Virus record (IMG/VR): IMGVR_UViG_3300042924_005627
Span: 1 to 62,567 of that record
Reading direction: 5' to 3' (one strand)
DNA: 62,567 nt
From: a virus
Taxonomy: Duplodnaviria > Caudoviricetes
Both the position numbers and the translations under genes were made by a program. The notes under the pieces are model-generated. The model saw only the letters and a list, made by a program, of their open reading frames with translations, had not been told where the DNA came from and did no database searches. Positions 19,242 through 27,012 of this stretch are shown here, in pieces; positions within the stretch are counted from its first letter, which is position 1; every line of letters begins with the position of its first letter.

Positions 19242-20058
19242 CCAGAGTTTGATGCAAATGACAAGTAAAGTATGGGAAGTGATGAATGATCTTGATATGA
19301 TTGTATCCAAGGTCTGTTCTGCTCGTGAAATTATTAATTCTGTTGCAGAGTCAATTGAAAGGAATGATTACGATAAAGCAGAAACTCTTGCAATGGCCGC
19401 ATATGAATTTCTTGGATATTATCTGGAGGAGTTTGATGTTAAGTTCAAACTTGCTTGGCAGGAAACTGTAGTCAAACAAAAAGAAGAAGATCCTTGTATG
19501 CCACCCTGGGGTCATAGTGATATGGAATGTCTTTCAAAACAAAACAAGGACACTGATAAAAAATACTGGGATATTCATACCCAAAGTGTAAAAACCATTA
19601 CGAGTTGTGATCGTGATGATCCTTCTCCAGAATGTAAAGGTGCATGGGATAGTTTTTGGGAAGATACTCCATCTACAAAAGTTGCTACAAAAGCTGATGG
19701 TTATTCTGTAGATTCAATGTCCCATTCGGAGTATTATTACGACTACTCTCGCAATGATCCAAATCGTTTGAATCCATTTGGAGGTAAAATTTACGAATCT
19801 CCTGATGGCGGAAAAACTGTTTATTCTCGTAACATTGGAGAAACTGAAAGGACTATTGTGAAAGAAGATAAAGTTATTAAGTGGCAACTTCCTGTAGAAA
19901 TGGATGGTCCAAGTGGAGAATATTTTGTTTCTTTCCCAGATGATCTATTAGAAGCAGCAGATTTTAAAGAAGGTGATCAAGTTGAATGGGTGGATAAAGG
20001 TGATGGTTCTTACTTGTTGCGTAAGGTAACACAACCACTTCGAATGGATGAGTGTTGA
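19231..20058 (+). CDS. composite hypothetical protein with C-terminal AbrB/MazE-like domain
   Basis: C-terminal EYFVSFPDDLLEAADFKEGDQVEW fits the swapped-hairpin pattern; true start probably 19252 or 19258. Confidence 0.55.
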   Translation: MQNNQSLMQMTSKVWEVMNDLDMIVSKVCSAREIINSVAESIERNDYDKAETLAMAAYEFLGYYLEEFDVKFKLAWQETVVKQKEEDPCMPPWGHSDMECLSKQNKDTDKKYWDIHTQSVKTITSCDRDDPSPECKGAWDSFWEDTPSTKVATKADGYSVDSMSHSEYYYDYSRNDPNRLNPFGGKIYESPDGGKTVYSRNIGETERTIVKEDKVIKWQLPVEMDGPSGEYFVSFPDDLLEAADFKEGDQVEWVDKGDGSYLLRKVTQPLRMDEC

Positions 20059-20312
20059 TGTATACTTTATATGTGTTGCAAGGTCTTGCTCCATTTATTG
20101 GGGCAATGTGTGTAGATAATTTTATTCGCAGACAAGGAGAACTTTGTAACGCAAGAGAACATCCTAGTCATGTGTTAAAATATGATCCTCAGGATCCTGA
20201 AAACGCTTGTTATCGAGATGGTATTTTTTACCCAAGATGTAAAGACCTGGAAAATCCTGAAGTCTTAAAATATCACAATTTACTTAAAGCTGAAAATGAC
20301 AAACTACGATAA
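20052..20312 (+). CDS. hypothetical protein
   Basis: ORF track. Confidence 0.6.
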   Translation: MLMYTLYVLQGLAPFIGAMCVDNFIRRQGELCNAREHPSHVLKYDPQDPENACYRDGIFYPRCKDLENPEVLKYHNLLKAENDKLR

Positions 20313-20457
20313 ACTTGTTGATTCCATTTCAAATGAAATTTATCTTTTGAATGTCTCTCAAGAAAGTTGGAATGAAGAGGCTGCAAAGAAGACATCTAAA
20401 AAAATTCTAGAAATTGTTGAAGAATTCCAACAAAAACGATCAAATATTGATTTTTAA
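20296..20457 (+). CDS. hypothetical protein (53 aa)
   Basis: Hand-translated MTNYDKLVDSISNEIYLL...; fills gap. Confidence 0.55.
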   Translation: MTNYDKLVDSISNEIYLLNVSQESWNEEAAKKTSKKILEIVEEFQQKRSNIDF

Positions 20458-20459
20458 TT

Positions 20460-20693
20460 ATGGCACTATCCGAATCAGTAGAAACCAGTCTTAGAGAAGC
20501 AGAAGCTGCATTGCGTAATGCATTAGCTTATGCAGCACGTCAAGAGAAACCATTTGTGGGCAAACATATTGCAGAATTGATCATGGAGATTGATAATCTT
20601 ATTTCTGCTGATAAGTTGATTGATAAACTAGAAGAAAGGATGAATGGTGATGAAGACAACAAAAGAGGTCGTTGGGGCCCTTTTGGATCTTGA
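20460..20693 (+). CDS. hypothetical cyanophage protein
   Basis: MALSESVETSLREAE..LRNALAYAAR. Confidence 0.7.
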   Translation: MALSESVETSLREAEAALRNALAYAARQEKPFVGKHIAELIMEIDNLISADKLIDKLEERMNGDEDNKRGRWGPFGS

Positions 20694-20721
20694 CTAGATA
20701 CTGATAGCTCATAAAAAAGTT

Positions 20722-21198
20722 ATGCATGAGTTGCCAATAGAACCATATAAAACAATATTGGTTTTAAATTCTAGTTATGAACCAATCAATTTTACAAACT
20801 GGAAAAGAGCAATTGTTCTTCTCCTAAAAGAAAAAGCCCAAGTTCTCTCAAGTAGAGTCATTCGACTTTTAGATTATGTAAAATTACCTTTGTCGAAAAT
20901 TATGAATATTTCTCCATCTCGTTCTATGATTTATCGGAGAGATAATCACACTTGTCAATATTGTGGTGCTAAATCTAAACTTACAATAGATCATGTTATC
21001 CCCCGTTCTAAGGGTGGTGAAGATTCATGGGAAAATCTAGTGGTAGCTTGTTCTTCCTGCAATACCAAAAAAGGTAGTATGTTTCTAGAACATACTGGTA
21101 TGAAGTTAATTCGTAAACCCAGAGCACCTGTTAATAAAATGATTTTTGATTTGGAAAGAACTAATGTAGAAGAATGGAGACAGTATCATTATGAGTGA
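20722..21198 (+). CDS. HNH endonuclease
   Basis: RDNHTCQYCG...TIDHVIPRSKGG...WENLV.AC..CN..K. Confidence 0.92.
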   Translation: MHELPIEPYKTILVLNSSYEPINFTNWKRAIVLLLKEKAQVLSSRVIRLLDYVKLPLSKIMNISPSRSMIYRRDNHTCQYCGAKSKLTIDHVIPRSKGGEDSWENLVVACSSCNTKKGSMFLEHTGMKLIRKPRAPVNKMIFDLERTNVEEWRQYHYE

Positions 21199-21556
21199 AA
21201 AACAACCTAACGAATTTGGTAAAGCACTACAAGAGTGGTGGGATTCTGATGCTTGCAAAGAACTTCAGAAGAAAAATGAAGAAGCAAAACAACGTGCAGT
21301 AGGAAAGTATTTTATGCTTTCTGAAGAAGACAAACTTGATATGGTTGAGGCAATCTGTACTATTATGTGTAATGCCGAAAAGGAAGGAACCAGTCATCGT
21401 GGTCTGATGGATAAACTAGGCATTTATCCTACTGGTTTCTGGATTGATAATCTGATGGACGTTCATAATGCTCTGTGGTCTTATTATCACGATGAAAAGA
21501 GAGAAAAAGAACTCCAAGATGATCTTGATGCATTTGAAAATTTCATTAAAGAATAA
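21191..21556 (+). CDS. hypothetical protein
   Basis: ORF track. Confidence 0.7.
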   Translation: MSEKQPNEFGKALQEWWDSDACKELQKKNEEAKQRAVGKYFMLSEEDKLDMVEAICTIMCNAEKEGTSHRGLMDKLGIYPTGFWIDNLMDVHNALWSYYHDEKREKELQDDLDAFENFIKE

Positions 21557-21643
21557 TTGTTACAGGCATGTAACGCAATCCCGAAGAAATTATTAAGTAC
21601 CCTAGATAGTAGTAGATGATGTGTTAGAATTTGAACACAATCA

Positions 21644-21865
21644 ATGGGAGAACTAATGACCTATTCGCAATCCAGTGTTAAACCTCTTACAGATGAAGAA
21701 TGGAAAGAACTTGTTGCTTTAAAAGAAGCTATCAACGAAAATCCTGCTTCCGTTCATCCAGAAAAAATGGAGTTATTCACTGAGTTGCTTGTTCGTTCTT
21801 GGGATGCAAAATGTGATCCCCCTGACACAAGTGCATGGCGAAATGGTCATCCAATGAGTGAGTAG
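21644..21865 (+). CDS. hypothetical protein (likely start 21656)
   Basis: ORF track; GGAGA RBS before second ATG. Confidence 0.65.
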   Translation: MGELMTYSQSSVKPLTDEEWKELVALKEAINENPASVHPEKMELFTELLVRSWDAKCDPPDTSAWRNGHPMSE

Positions 21866-21871
21866 TATAAA

Positions 21872-21900
21872 TTGACATACTACAATTTTTGGTGTATTAT
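21872..21900 (+). promoter_or_regulatory. sigma70-type promoter
   Basis: TTGACA-17-TATTAT upstream of glutaredoxin. Confidence 0.6.
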
Positions 21901-21946
21901 TTACTATAAATCACAACTCTAAATATTACAAAATATCACAAATGAA

Positions 21947-22183
21947 ATGAAGTTCACTGTTTATTCAAAACAAGATTGTCCGTATTGTTATAAAGTAAAA
22001 AAAGTCCTTGAACTTTGTGGAAAGGACTATGTTGTTTATACTCTTGATGAACATTTTAATAAAAAAGAATTTTATTCTGAATTTGGCGAAGGGTCTACAT
22101 TTCCACAAGTTGTGATGGATGATAAACATATTGGTGGATGTACTGATACTATTGATTATCTAAAAGCTCTTTCATTGATTTAA
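21947..22183 (+). CDS. nrdC: glutaredoxin
   Basis: CPYC active site, TFPQV, HIGGC. Confidence 0.93.
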   Translation: MKFTVYSKQDCPYCYKVKKVLELCGKDYVVYTLDEHFNKKEFYSEFGEGSTFPQVVMDDKHIGGCTDTIDYLKALSLI

Positions 22184-22185
22184 TT

Positions 22186-22362
22186 ATGAGTGAGCCTAAA
22201 GAGCTTCACATAAATAGAGGTGTGGAATTATTGTTAAGAAAAAGGAGGAGAGAACCTGAAGCACCAAAAACGTTCCAATTTAGTTTTGGTAAAATGGTCT
22301 CTCTCTTCAAAAGAGAGATTCACCTTTATCTAAACTTTTCATTAGATATCAGAAAAAAGTAA
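22186..22362 (+). CDS. hypothetical protein (58 aa)
   Basis: Hand-translated MSEPKELHINRGVELLLR... Confidence 0.6.
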   Translation: MSEPKELHINRGVELLLRKRRREPEAPKTFQFSFGKMVSLFKREIHLYLNFSLDIRKK

Positions 22363-22380
22363 TCTCTCGGAGGTAGGGCC

Positions 22381-22608
22381 ATGACAGCACCTTTAATTAC
22401 CATCTTTTGTTTAATATCATTCATGTTCTTGATAGTTGGTGGTGTAGTTGGTTGGTTATGGAAAGAACATGTAGTTTTCTCCACTCCTCAACAAGTATTC
22501 GCTCATCCAGAAATGTTTGACACTAATGGGAATATTATTCCTGACGAAATAATTGCAGTACGATTTGAAAATAGCTATGACGACTACGAAGAAGACGACG
22601 ACCAGTAG
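22381..22608 (+). CDS. membrane protein
   Basis: TM helix then HPEMFD.NG...DE..AVRFEN. Confidence 0.75.
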   Translation: MTAPLITIFCLISFMFLIVGGVVGWLWKEHVVFSTPQQVFAHPEMFDTNGNIIPDEIIAVRFENSYDDYEEDDDQ

Positions 22609-23143
22609 TAGAAAACCCACATCAACAACTACTACTAAAAAACCAGTAGCAAAAAAGACAACAACCCCTAAGGTTGAAAAAGCCGTAGAGAAGATTGAAC
22701 TGACTCCAACTTCTTATGTTCATGAAATCTTTGCGGCTATTGTTGCAGAAAGAACTAAGGATAAGAAGATTAATATTCTTCAACAATATAATGAGAATTT
22801 TCTTAAGTCCCTGTTGATTTGGAACTTTGATTCAAGTATTCAATCAGTTCTTCCCGAAGGTGATGTTCCAATTCAACCTAAGGAAGATGCAGATCGAGTT
22901 GCTCCATCTTCCAGTATTCGTAAAGAATGGAGTAAGTTCTATAATTTCGTGAAGGGTGGTAATGATGCAATGAACAGGCTTCGAAAAGAAACGATGTTCA
23001 TTAACTTATTGGAATCTTTCCATCCTGGAGAAGCGGAAGTATTATGTCTTGTAAAGGACAAAAAATTGCAAACTAAATATAATATCACCAAAGAACTTGT
23101 TTCTGAGGCGTATCCTGACATCCAATGGGGGAATCGTTCTTGA
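22553..23143 (+). CDS. conserved T4-like phage hypothetical protein (likely start 22577)
   Basis: LIWNFD...LPEGDVP...RKETMFI.LLE..HP.EAE. Confidence 0.75.
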   Translation: MQYDLKIAMTTTKKTTTSSRKPTSTTTTKKPVAKKTTTPKVEKAVEKIELTPTSYVHEIFAAIVAERTKDKKINILQQYNENFLKSLLIWNFDSSIQSVLPEGDVPIQPKEDADRVAPSSSIRKEWSKFYNFVKGGNDAMNRLRKETMFINLLESFHPGEAEVLCLVKDKKLQTKYNITKELVSEAYPDIQWGNRS

Positions 23144-23408
23144 TATGTCTGTGAACATTATTCATGCAGATTGTGATCCATCTGCTGCCAAAAATCGTGA
23201 TCTACCACGAAATTCTTATTTGGTATCATATGGAATAGATGATGAAACACAATATGATGTGGTCCAAGCCGGATCACAATATGATATTTTTAATTATTAT
23301 TGGGACAAATACAGAGATGTGAGAGGTATTAAATGGACAGAGGGAACAGTGAATCCGAAAACTTGGGGATATCAAGCATCGGATGTGAAGAAAAAGAGGC
23401 CAAAGTAA
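23097..23408 (+). CDS. hypothetical protein (likely start 23145)
   Basis: ORF track. Confidence 0.7.
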   Translation: MFLRRILTSNGGIVLDMSVNIIHADCDPSAAKNRDLPRNSYLVSYGIDDETQYDVVQAGSQYDIFNYYWDKYRDVRGIKWTEGTVNPKTWGYQASDVKKKRPK

Positions 23409-23581
23409 TTTCTGGTGATATGAACGTTGAGATGAATCTTGACGCAATCAAAGAAGTGAGAAAACAATATAAAAAAATTAAAAGATACATGAGATCTTCT
23501 ATTTACACAGTAGCCATGATGGACGGAAGAGAACAAATCGTTAGTCGTTTACTTAAGGATCAGGAGGACAATCCTGGATAA
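23333..23581 (+). CDS. hypothetical protein
   Basis: ORF track; start uncertain. Confidence 0.55.
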   Translation: MDRGNSESENLGISSIGCEEKEAKVISGDMNVEMNLDAIKEVRKQYKKIKRYMRSSIYTVAMMDGREQIVSRLLKDQEDNPG

Positions 23582-23908
23582 ATGGGAAAACATTATCTCC
23601 TAAATCTCTTTGGATGCTCATTCGTTTTACTAAACGATGAGCATTATCTTATGGGACTCTTAGAACAAGCCGCAGCTGCAAGTGGTGCAACTGTATGTCA
23701 AACTATCTTTAAAAAGTTTGATCCACAAGGAGTTACCGTCTTGTGTTTGTTATCTGAAAGTCACATAAGTATTCACACATGGCCAGAAGATGGTAAAGCT
23801 GCTTGTGATGTTTATACTTGTGGGGATTGCGATCCAAAAATTGGTTGTGATATGATTATAGAACAACTATATGCAACAAATCATACTCTAAGTTATATTG
23901 AGAGATGA
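23582..23908 (+). CDS. speD: S-adenosylmethionine decarboxylase proenzyme
   Basis: F.PQGVT...LLSESHISIHTWPE...AACDVYTCG (E-S autocleavage motif). Confidence 0.95.
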   Translation: MGKHYLLNLFGCSFVLLNDEHYLMGLLEQAAAASGATVCQTIFKKFDPQGVTVLCLLSESHISIHTWPEDGKAACDVYTCGDCDPKIGCDMIIEQLYATNHTLSYIER

Positions 23909-23947
23909 TATAATTGCACTCTAAATAATCTTATATGGAGAATAATC

Positions 23948-24268
23948 ATGCTCTCTACACAATATCGTCTTCGTCTTCAAGCAATTTGTGAAAAAATTGC
24001 CTTGCACGAAGAGGTAAGTTTGGAAGATATGATCTGGGCAGAGAAACTTGCAAATGCAAATAGAACTGCAGGAACAATGCTCAGACAAGCAAGAAGGACT
24101 GCAGAGAATCCTAATATGCAAGAAGGTGATATGGATGATTTTCTAAACCAACTTGATATTGGTGGAACTGGATTTGATCGTTTTGGTAAACGTGGATTTG
24201 ATAGTATTGATGATATGGTTGACTGGTGGACTGAAGATAAACCAGATGATTGGAGACAACGAGACTGA
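23948..24268 (+). CDS. hypothetical cyanophage protein
   Basis: MLSTQYRLRL..IC..I...V.L.DMIWA.KL; GGAGA RBS. Confidence 0.75.
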   Translation: MLSTQYRLRLQAICEKIALHEEVSLEDMIWAEKLANANRTAGTMLRQARRTAENPNMQEGDMDDFLNQLDIGGTGFDRFGKRGFDSIDDMVDWWTEDKPDDWRQRD

Positions 24269-24287
24269 TTACTTATTTCGTGCATAA

Positions 24288-24884
24288 ATGATACACAAAT
24301 TATTTCCAACAATCGTAACACAAGACTCTTTAAAAGATCAAATAACCGAAAAAGAAATTGAGTATTTAAAATCATTCAATGATATGATTAAATCTCATGG
24401 AAATTTTATTTCTTTAGAAAAGAGGATATTAGACGATCAGAATCTTTTAAGTTTAAAAAAGAAATTTGAACACAAACTAAAAAATTATTTGGACACGGTT
24501 TATGAACCTTCAGATGAAGTAGAGATATACATTACTCAGTCTTGGACAAATGTGACTATTCCCCAAGGATGGCATCATCAACACAATCACCCAAATAGTT
24601 TTTTAAGTGCTGTGTTTTATATTCAGGTTGATGAAGGGGATGAAATTACATTTTATAATGACATTTATAAACAAATATCGTTCAATAGTAAAAATTATCA
24701 CGAGTATAATTCCACAGAATGGACACTTAAGGTTAATAATTTTGACTTGTTAATATTTCCTTCATCCCTGTCTCATGGAGTTAGAAAAACTTCAGAAAAT
24801 TCTGTCAGAATTAGTTTAGCTTTTAATAGTTTTATACGAGGTAAAATAGGGAATGAATATGCCTCTTATGGGTTGAGTCTATAA
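24288..24884 (+). CDS. putative 2OG-Fe(II) oxygenase (HxH type)
   Basis: SW.N...HNHPNS.LSAVFY...IFPS.L.HGV...RISLAFN. Confidence 0.85.
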   Translation: MIHKLFPTIVTQDSLKDQITEKEIEYLKSFNDMIKSHGNFISLEKRILDDQNLLSLKKKFEHKLKNYLDTVYEPSDEVEIYITQSWTNVTIPQGWHHQHNHPNSFLSAVFYIQVDEGDEITFYNDIYKQISFNSKNYHEYNSTEWTLKVNNFDLLIFPSSLSHGVRKTSENSVRISLAFNSFIRGKIGNEYASYGLSL

Positions 24885-24889
24885 AGAAC

Positions 24890-24918
24890 TTGACATTGAA
24901 CAATAGATACCTTATAAT
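24890..24918 (+). promoter_or_regulatory. consensus sigma70 promoter
   Basis: TTGACA-17-TATAAT. Confidence 0.8.
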
Positions 24919-24941
24919 TGTCAACATATTATACTCTTATC

Positions 24942-25139
24942 ATGGAATATAAACCCTATTCTCCAGAATGGAATCGTAAAAGATACCTTAGAGAAGCACT
25001 TGAAACTTACTTCAATGATTATGTTGATATTGGTGTAATTTATGATGATCTCATGACCATTCTTCATGAGAGATCTGAACAGGCTTATAGTGAATTTTCT
25101 AGAATTAATGAGTTGGAATCAAAACTTAATCAATCTTAA
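24942..25139 (+). CDS. hypothetical protein
   Basis: MEYKPYSPEWNRKRYL...; ATG downstream of promoter. Confidence 0.7.
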   Translation: MEYKPYSPEWNRKRYLREALETYFNDYVDIGVIYDDLMTILHERSEQAYSEFSRINELESKLNQS

Positions 25140-25142
25140 TTT

Positions 25143-25158
25143 TGTATCTGATGTTACA
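25143..25158. promoter_or_regulatory. NtcA-binding site
   Basis: TGTA-TCTGATGT-TACA is a perfect TGTA-N8-TACA; intergenic; just upstream of a -35 box. Confidence 0.7.
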
Positions 25159-25165
25159 AAATTGT

Positions 25166-25195
25166 TTGACTATATAGGATGAATAGGGGTATAAT
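25166..25195 (+). promoter_or_regulatory. sigma70-type promoter of the glutamine-aptamer cassette
   Basis: TTGACT-18-TATAAT; predicted start about 25202, just before the aptamer P1 strand. Confidence 0.6.
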
Positions 25196-25205
25196 AATCC
25201 CCTAA

Positions 25206-25459
25206 CGTTCATCCTATGACTAAAGCACTTTTGCTTTTAGCATGGGTTCCACTTCTTTCTATTTCTACGCCACAACTTGCACAAACTAATAAAGTTACAA
25301 TAAGTTGCGACGCAGCGTGGGAACTTATGGACATCGTTAAAAACGACGATGTAGTAGACCAAAGAAAAGAAGACCGATTGCTATTAGAACTCCGAAAGGA
25401 TGTTTTGAAACTTAAGTGCTAAACAATTCAATAGGACGGAAGTAAGCCGACTCGGAACG
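25206..25459 (+). ncRNA. glutamine riboswitch-like aptamer 1 (glnA-like) with a CDS in the P2 loop
   Basis: P1 CGTTC(25206)/GAACG(25455); P2 TCCTAT(25212)/ATAGGA(25431); then CGGAAGTAAG-CCGA-CT. Confidence 0.6.
25216..25422 (+). CDS. small two-Cys protein with signal peptide, nested in aptamer 1
   Basis: MTKALLLLAWVPLLSIS.. then ISCDAA...LKC. Confidence 0.65.
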   Translation: MTKALLLLAWVPLLSISTPQLAQTNKVTISCDAAWELMDIVKNDDVVDQRKEDRLLLELRKDVLKLKC

Positions 25460-25462
25460 GAT

Positions 25463-25631
25463 CGTTCATCTATGGAAACACTCATTCTAACGTGCTTACA
25501 AGCACAGTTAATTTCTGGAAGAGTTCATCAACAAGAACTCCCTAGACAAGCAAAGAATGATTTAATTTGGGAGATTAAACAAATCTCACCAAAAGAGTGT
25601 AAGATAGACGCAAAAGCCGACTGAAGGAACG
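25463..25631 (+). ncRNA. glutamine riboswitch-like aptamer 2 (Downstream-peptide/glutamine-II-like) with a CDS in the P2 loop
   Basis: P1 CGTTC(25463)/GAACG(25627); P2 TCTAT(25469)/ATAGA(25604); CGCAAAAGCCGACTGAAGGAACG; directly upstream of a YRG peptide. Confidence 0.7.
25472..25624 (+). CDS. small two-Cys protein (50 aa) nested in aptamer 2
   Basis: Hand-translated METLILTCLQAQLISGRVHQQELPRQAKNDLIWEIKQISPKECKIDAKAD. Confidence 0.6.
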   Translation: METLILTCLQAQLISGRVHQQELPRQAKNDLIWEIKQISPKECKIDAKAD

Positions 25632-25663
25632 CTCTTTAACCTAAACAACTAAGGAGAACCCTA

Positions 25664-25828
25664 ATGTCTAAAGTCGTATACCGTGGTGTTGAATATGACA
25701 CCAACGACCGCCCAAATCAAACTTTGAAAAGAGAACCTCATGTAGAAATCTATCGTGGAACAATGTTCTGGGTAGATGAAAATGGAAACAAATTCTCTAT
25801 GGAAAAGTCGGGAGGTAAAGTAAAATGA
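25664..25828 (+). CDS. DUF4278-like YRG peptide (54 aa)
   Basis: MSKVVYRGVEYDT...IYRGT (two YRG motifs); AAGGAG RBS. Confidence 0.8.
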   Translation: MSKVVYRGVEYDTNDRPNQTLKREPHVEIYRGTMFWVDENGNKFSMEKSGGKVK

Positions 25829-25926
25829 ATACTTACTTCGTTCGTTATCTCAAGAAAAAAGCAAAGAAAGAAAAACTTCTTAAAGCTGCACAACTTAATA
25901 TGGCAAAGCAACCACAAATTGCTTGA
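25825..25926 (+). CDS. small basic peptide (33 aa)
   Basis: MNTYFVRYLKKKAKKEKLLKAAQLNMAKQPQIA; GGAGGT RBS; ATGA overlap. Confidence 0.6.
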   Translation: MNTYFVRYLKKKAKKEKLLKAAQLNMAKQPQIA

Positions 25927-25932
25927 AGTAAA

Positions 25933-25957
25933 GGAGGGTTTACACCCTCTTTTTTTT
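25933..25957 (+). terminator. rho-independent terminator
   Basis: GGAGGGT-TTAC-ACCCTCT followed by a T run. Confidence 0.8.
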
Positions 25958-25988
25958 GTAGTAAAATAGTAAGAGACTATGAATAATC

Positions 25989-26159
25989 ATGGACAAAGAA
26001 AGACTTAAATTGATTGTAAGAAATCTGGAGTCACTTGTAGGTGCATTAAAATCGGAGATTTATTCTGATCTAGATTCTTATAGACAAGTAAAAAAAGATG
26101 AAGGTCACATTTCAGATTATGATGAGATCTTTGAAGACGATGATGGTTACCCTGATTGA
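25989..26159 (+). CDS. hypothetical protein upstream of thyX (56 aa)
   Basis: Hand-translated MDKERLKLIVRNLESLV..LKSEIYSD...DDDGYPD. Confidence 0.7.
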   Translation: MDKERLKLIVRNLESLVGALKSEIYSDLDSYRQVKKDEGHISDYDEIFEDDDGYPD

Positions 26160-26167
26160 GGAATTAA

Positions 26168-26800
26168 ATGACTGTACGACTTATTTCGATTACTCCCGAT
26201 GCAGAACAAACAATGGCGTATATTGCGCGAGTTTCTAATCCTGCGAATCAAGACAACGAAAACTATGCCAAGTTGCTTGCTTATTGTATTAAGCATAATC
26301 ATTGGTCTGTTTTTGAACAGTCTTCTATGACCCTTGAGATTGAAACGAATCGTGGTATCGCGGCTCAAATTTTGCGCCACCGCTCGTTTACATTCCAGGA
26401 ATTTTCTCAACGGTATGCAGACACCAATCTACTGAGTACTGATATCCCGTTGCCGGAACTGCGTAGGCAGGACACTAAGAACCGCCAGAACTCGATTGAT
26501 GACTTGGATGAGGAAAGGGTCTTTGTGATGAATAAGATGATTCAAGACCTCTTCAAGGACTCTCAGGATGTCTATAACTATCTTCTGGAACAAGGTGTTG
26601 CTAAGGAATGTGCTCGTTTTGTGCTTCCCCTGGCTACGCCTACACGAATCTATATGACAGGCTCTTGTCGTTCTTGGATTCATTATATCAATCTTCGTTC
26701 TGCACACGGAACTCAAAAAGAACATATGGATATTGCACTTGCTTGCAAAGAAGTATTCAAACAACAATTCCCTTCAGTTGCAGAAGCTCTGGAGTGGTGA
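26168..26800 (+). CDS. thyX: flavin-dependent thymidylate synthase
   Basis: HWSVFE, QILRHRSFTFQEFSQRY (RHRX7S motif), AR.VLP, TQKEH. Confidence 0.97.
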   Translation: MTVRLISITPDAEQTMAYIARVSNPANQDNENYAKLLAYCIKHNHWSVFEQSSMTLEIETNRGIAAQILRHRSFTFQEFSQRYADTNLLSTDIPLPELRRQDTKNRQNSIDDLDEERVFVMNKMIQDLFKDSQDVYNYLLEQGVAKECARFVLPLATPTRIYMTGSCRSWIHYINLRSAHGTQKEHMDIALACKEVFKQQFPSVAEALEW

Positions 26801-26831
26801 TATATACCAATGCCGCCTAAGGAGGTAAAAC

Positions 26832-27011
26832 ATGTACTACCAAACCAAAGCAGTATCAAAAGACGAAGCTTGGACTACATGCAGAATTGTAGATACAACT
26901 AAGGATAATTATATTGTAGAATATAATGAAGATGGAAAATTCTTGACAAAAGAAATTAAACCAGAAGAACTGCAAAAACTCGATTACTCTGATCTTGAAA
27001 TAAGTCAATAA
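26832..27011 (+). CDS. hypothetical protein (59 aa)
   Basis: Hand-translated MYYQTKAVSKDEAW...; perfect TAAGGAGGT RBS. Confidence 0.7.
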   Translation: MYYQTKAVSKDEAWTTCRIVDTTKDNYIVEYNEDGKFLTKEIKPEELQKLDYSDLEISQ

Positions 27012-27012
27012 G

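Noticed and set aside
20722-21198. Intron-encoded homing endonuclease
   Set aside because: Free-standing; no split host gene or intron structure seen.
26168-26800. Intron or intein in thyX
   Set aside because: Continuous 210-aa frame of normal length.
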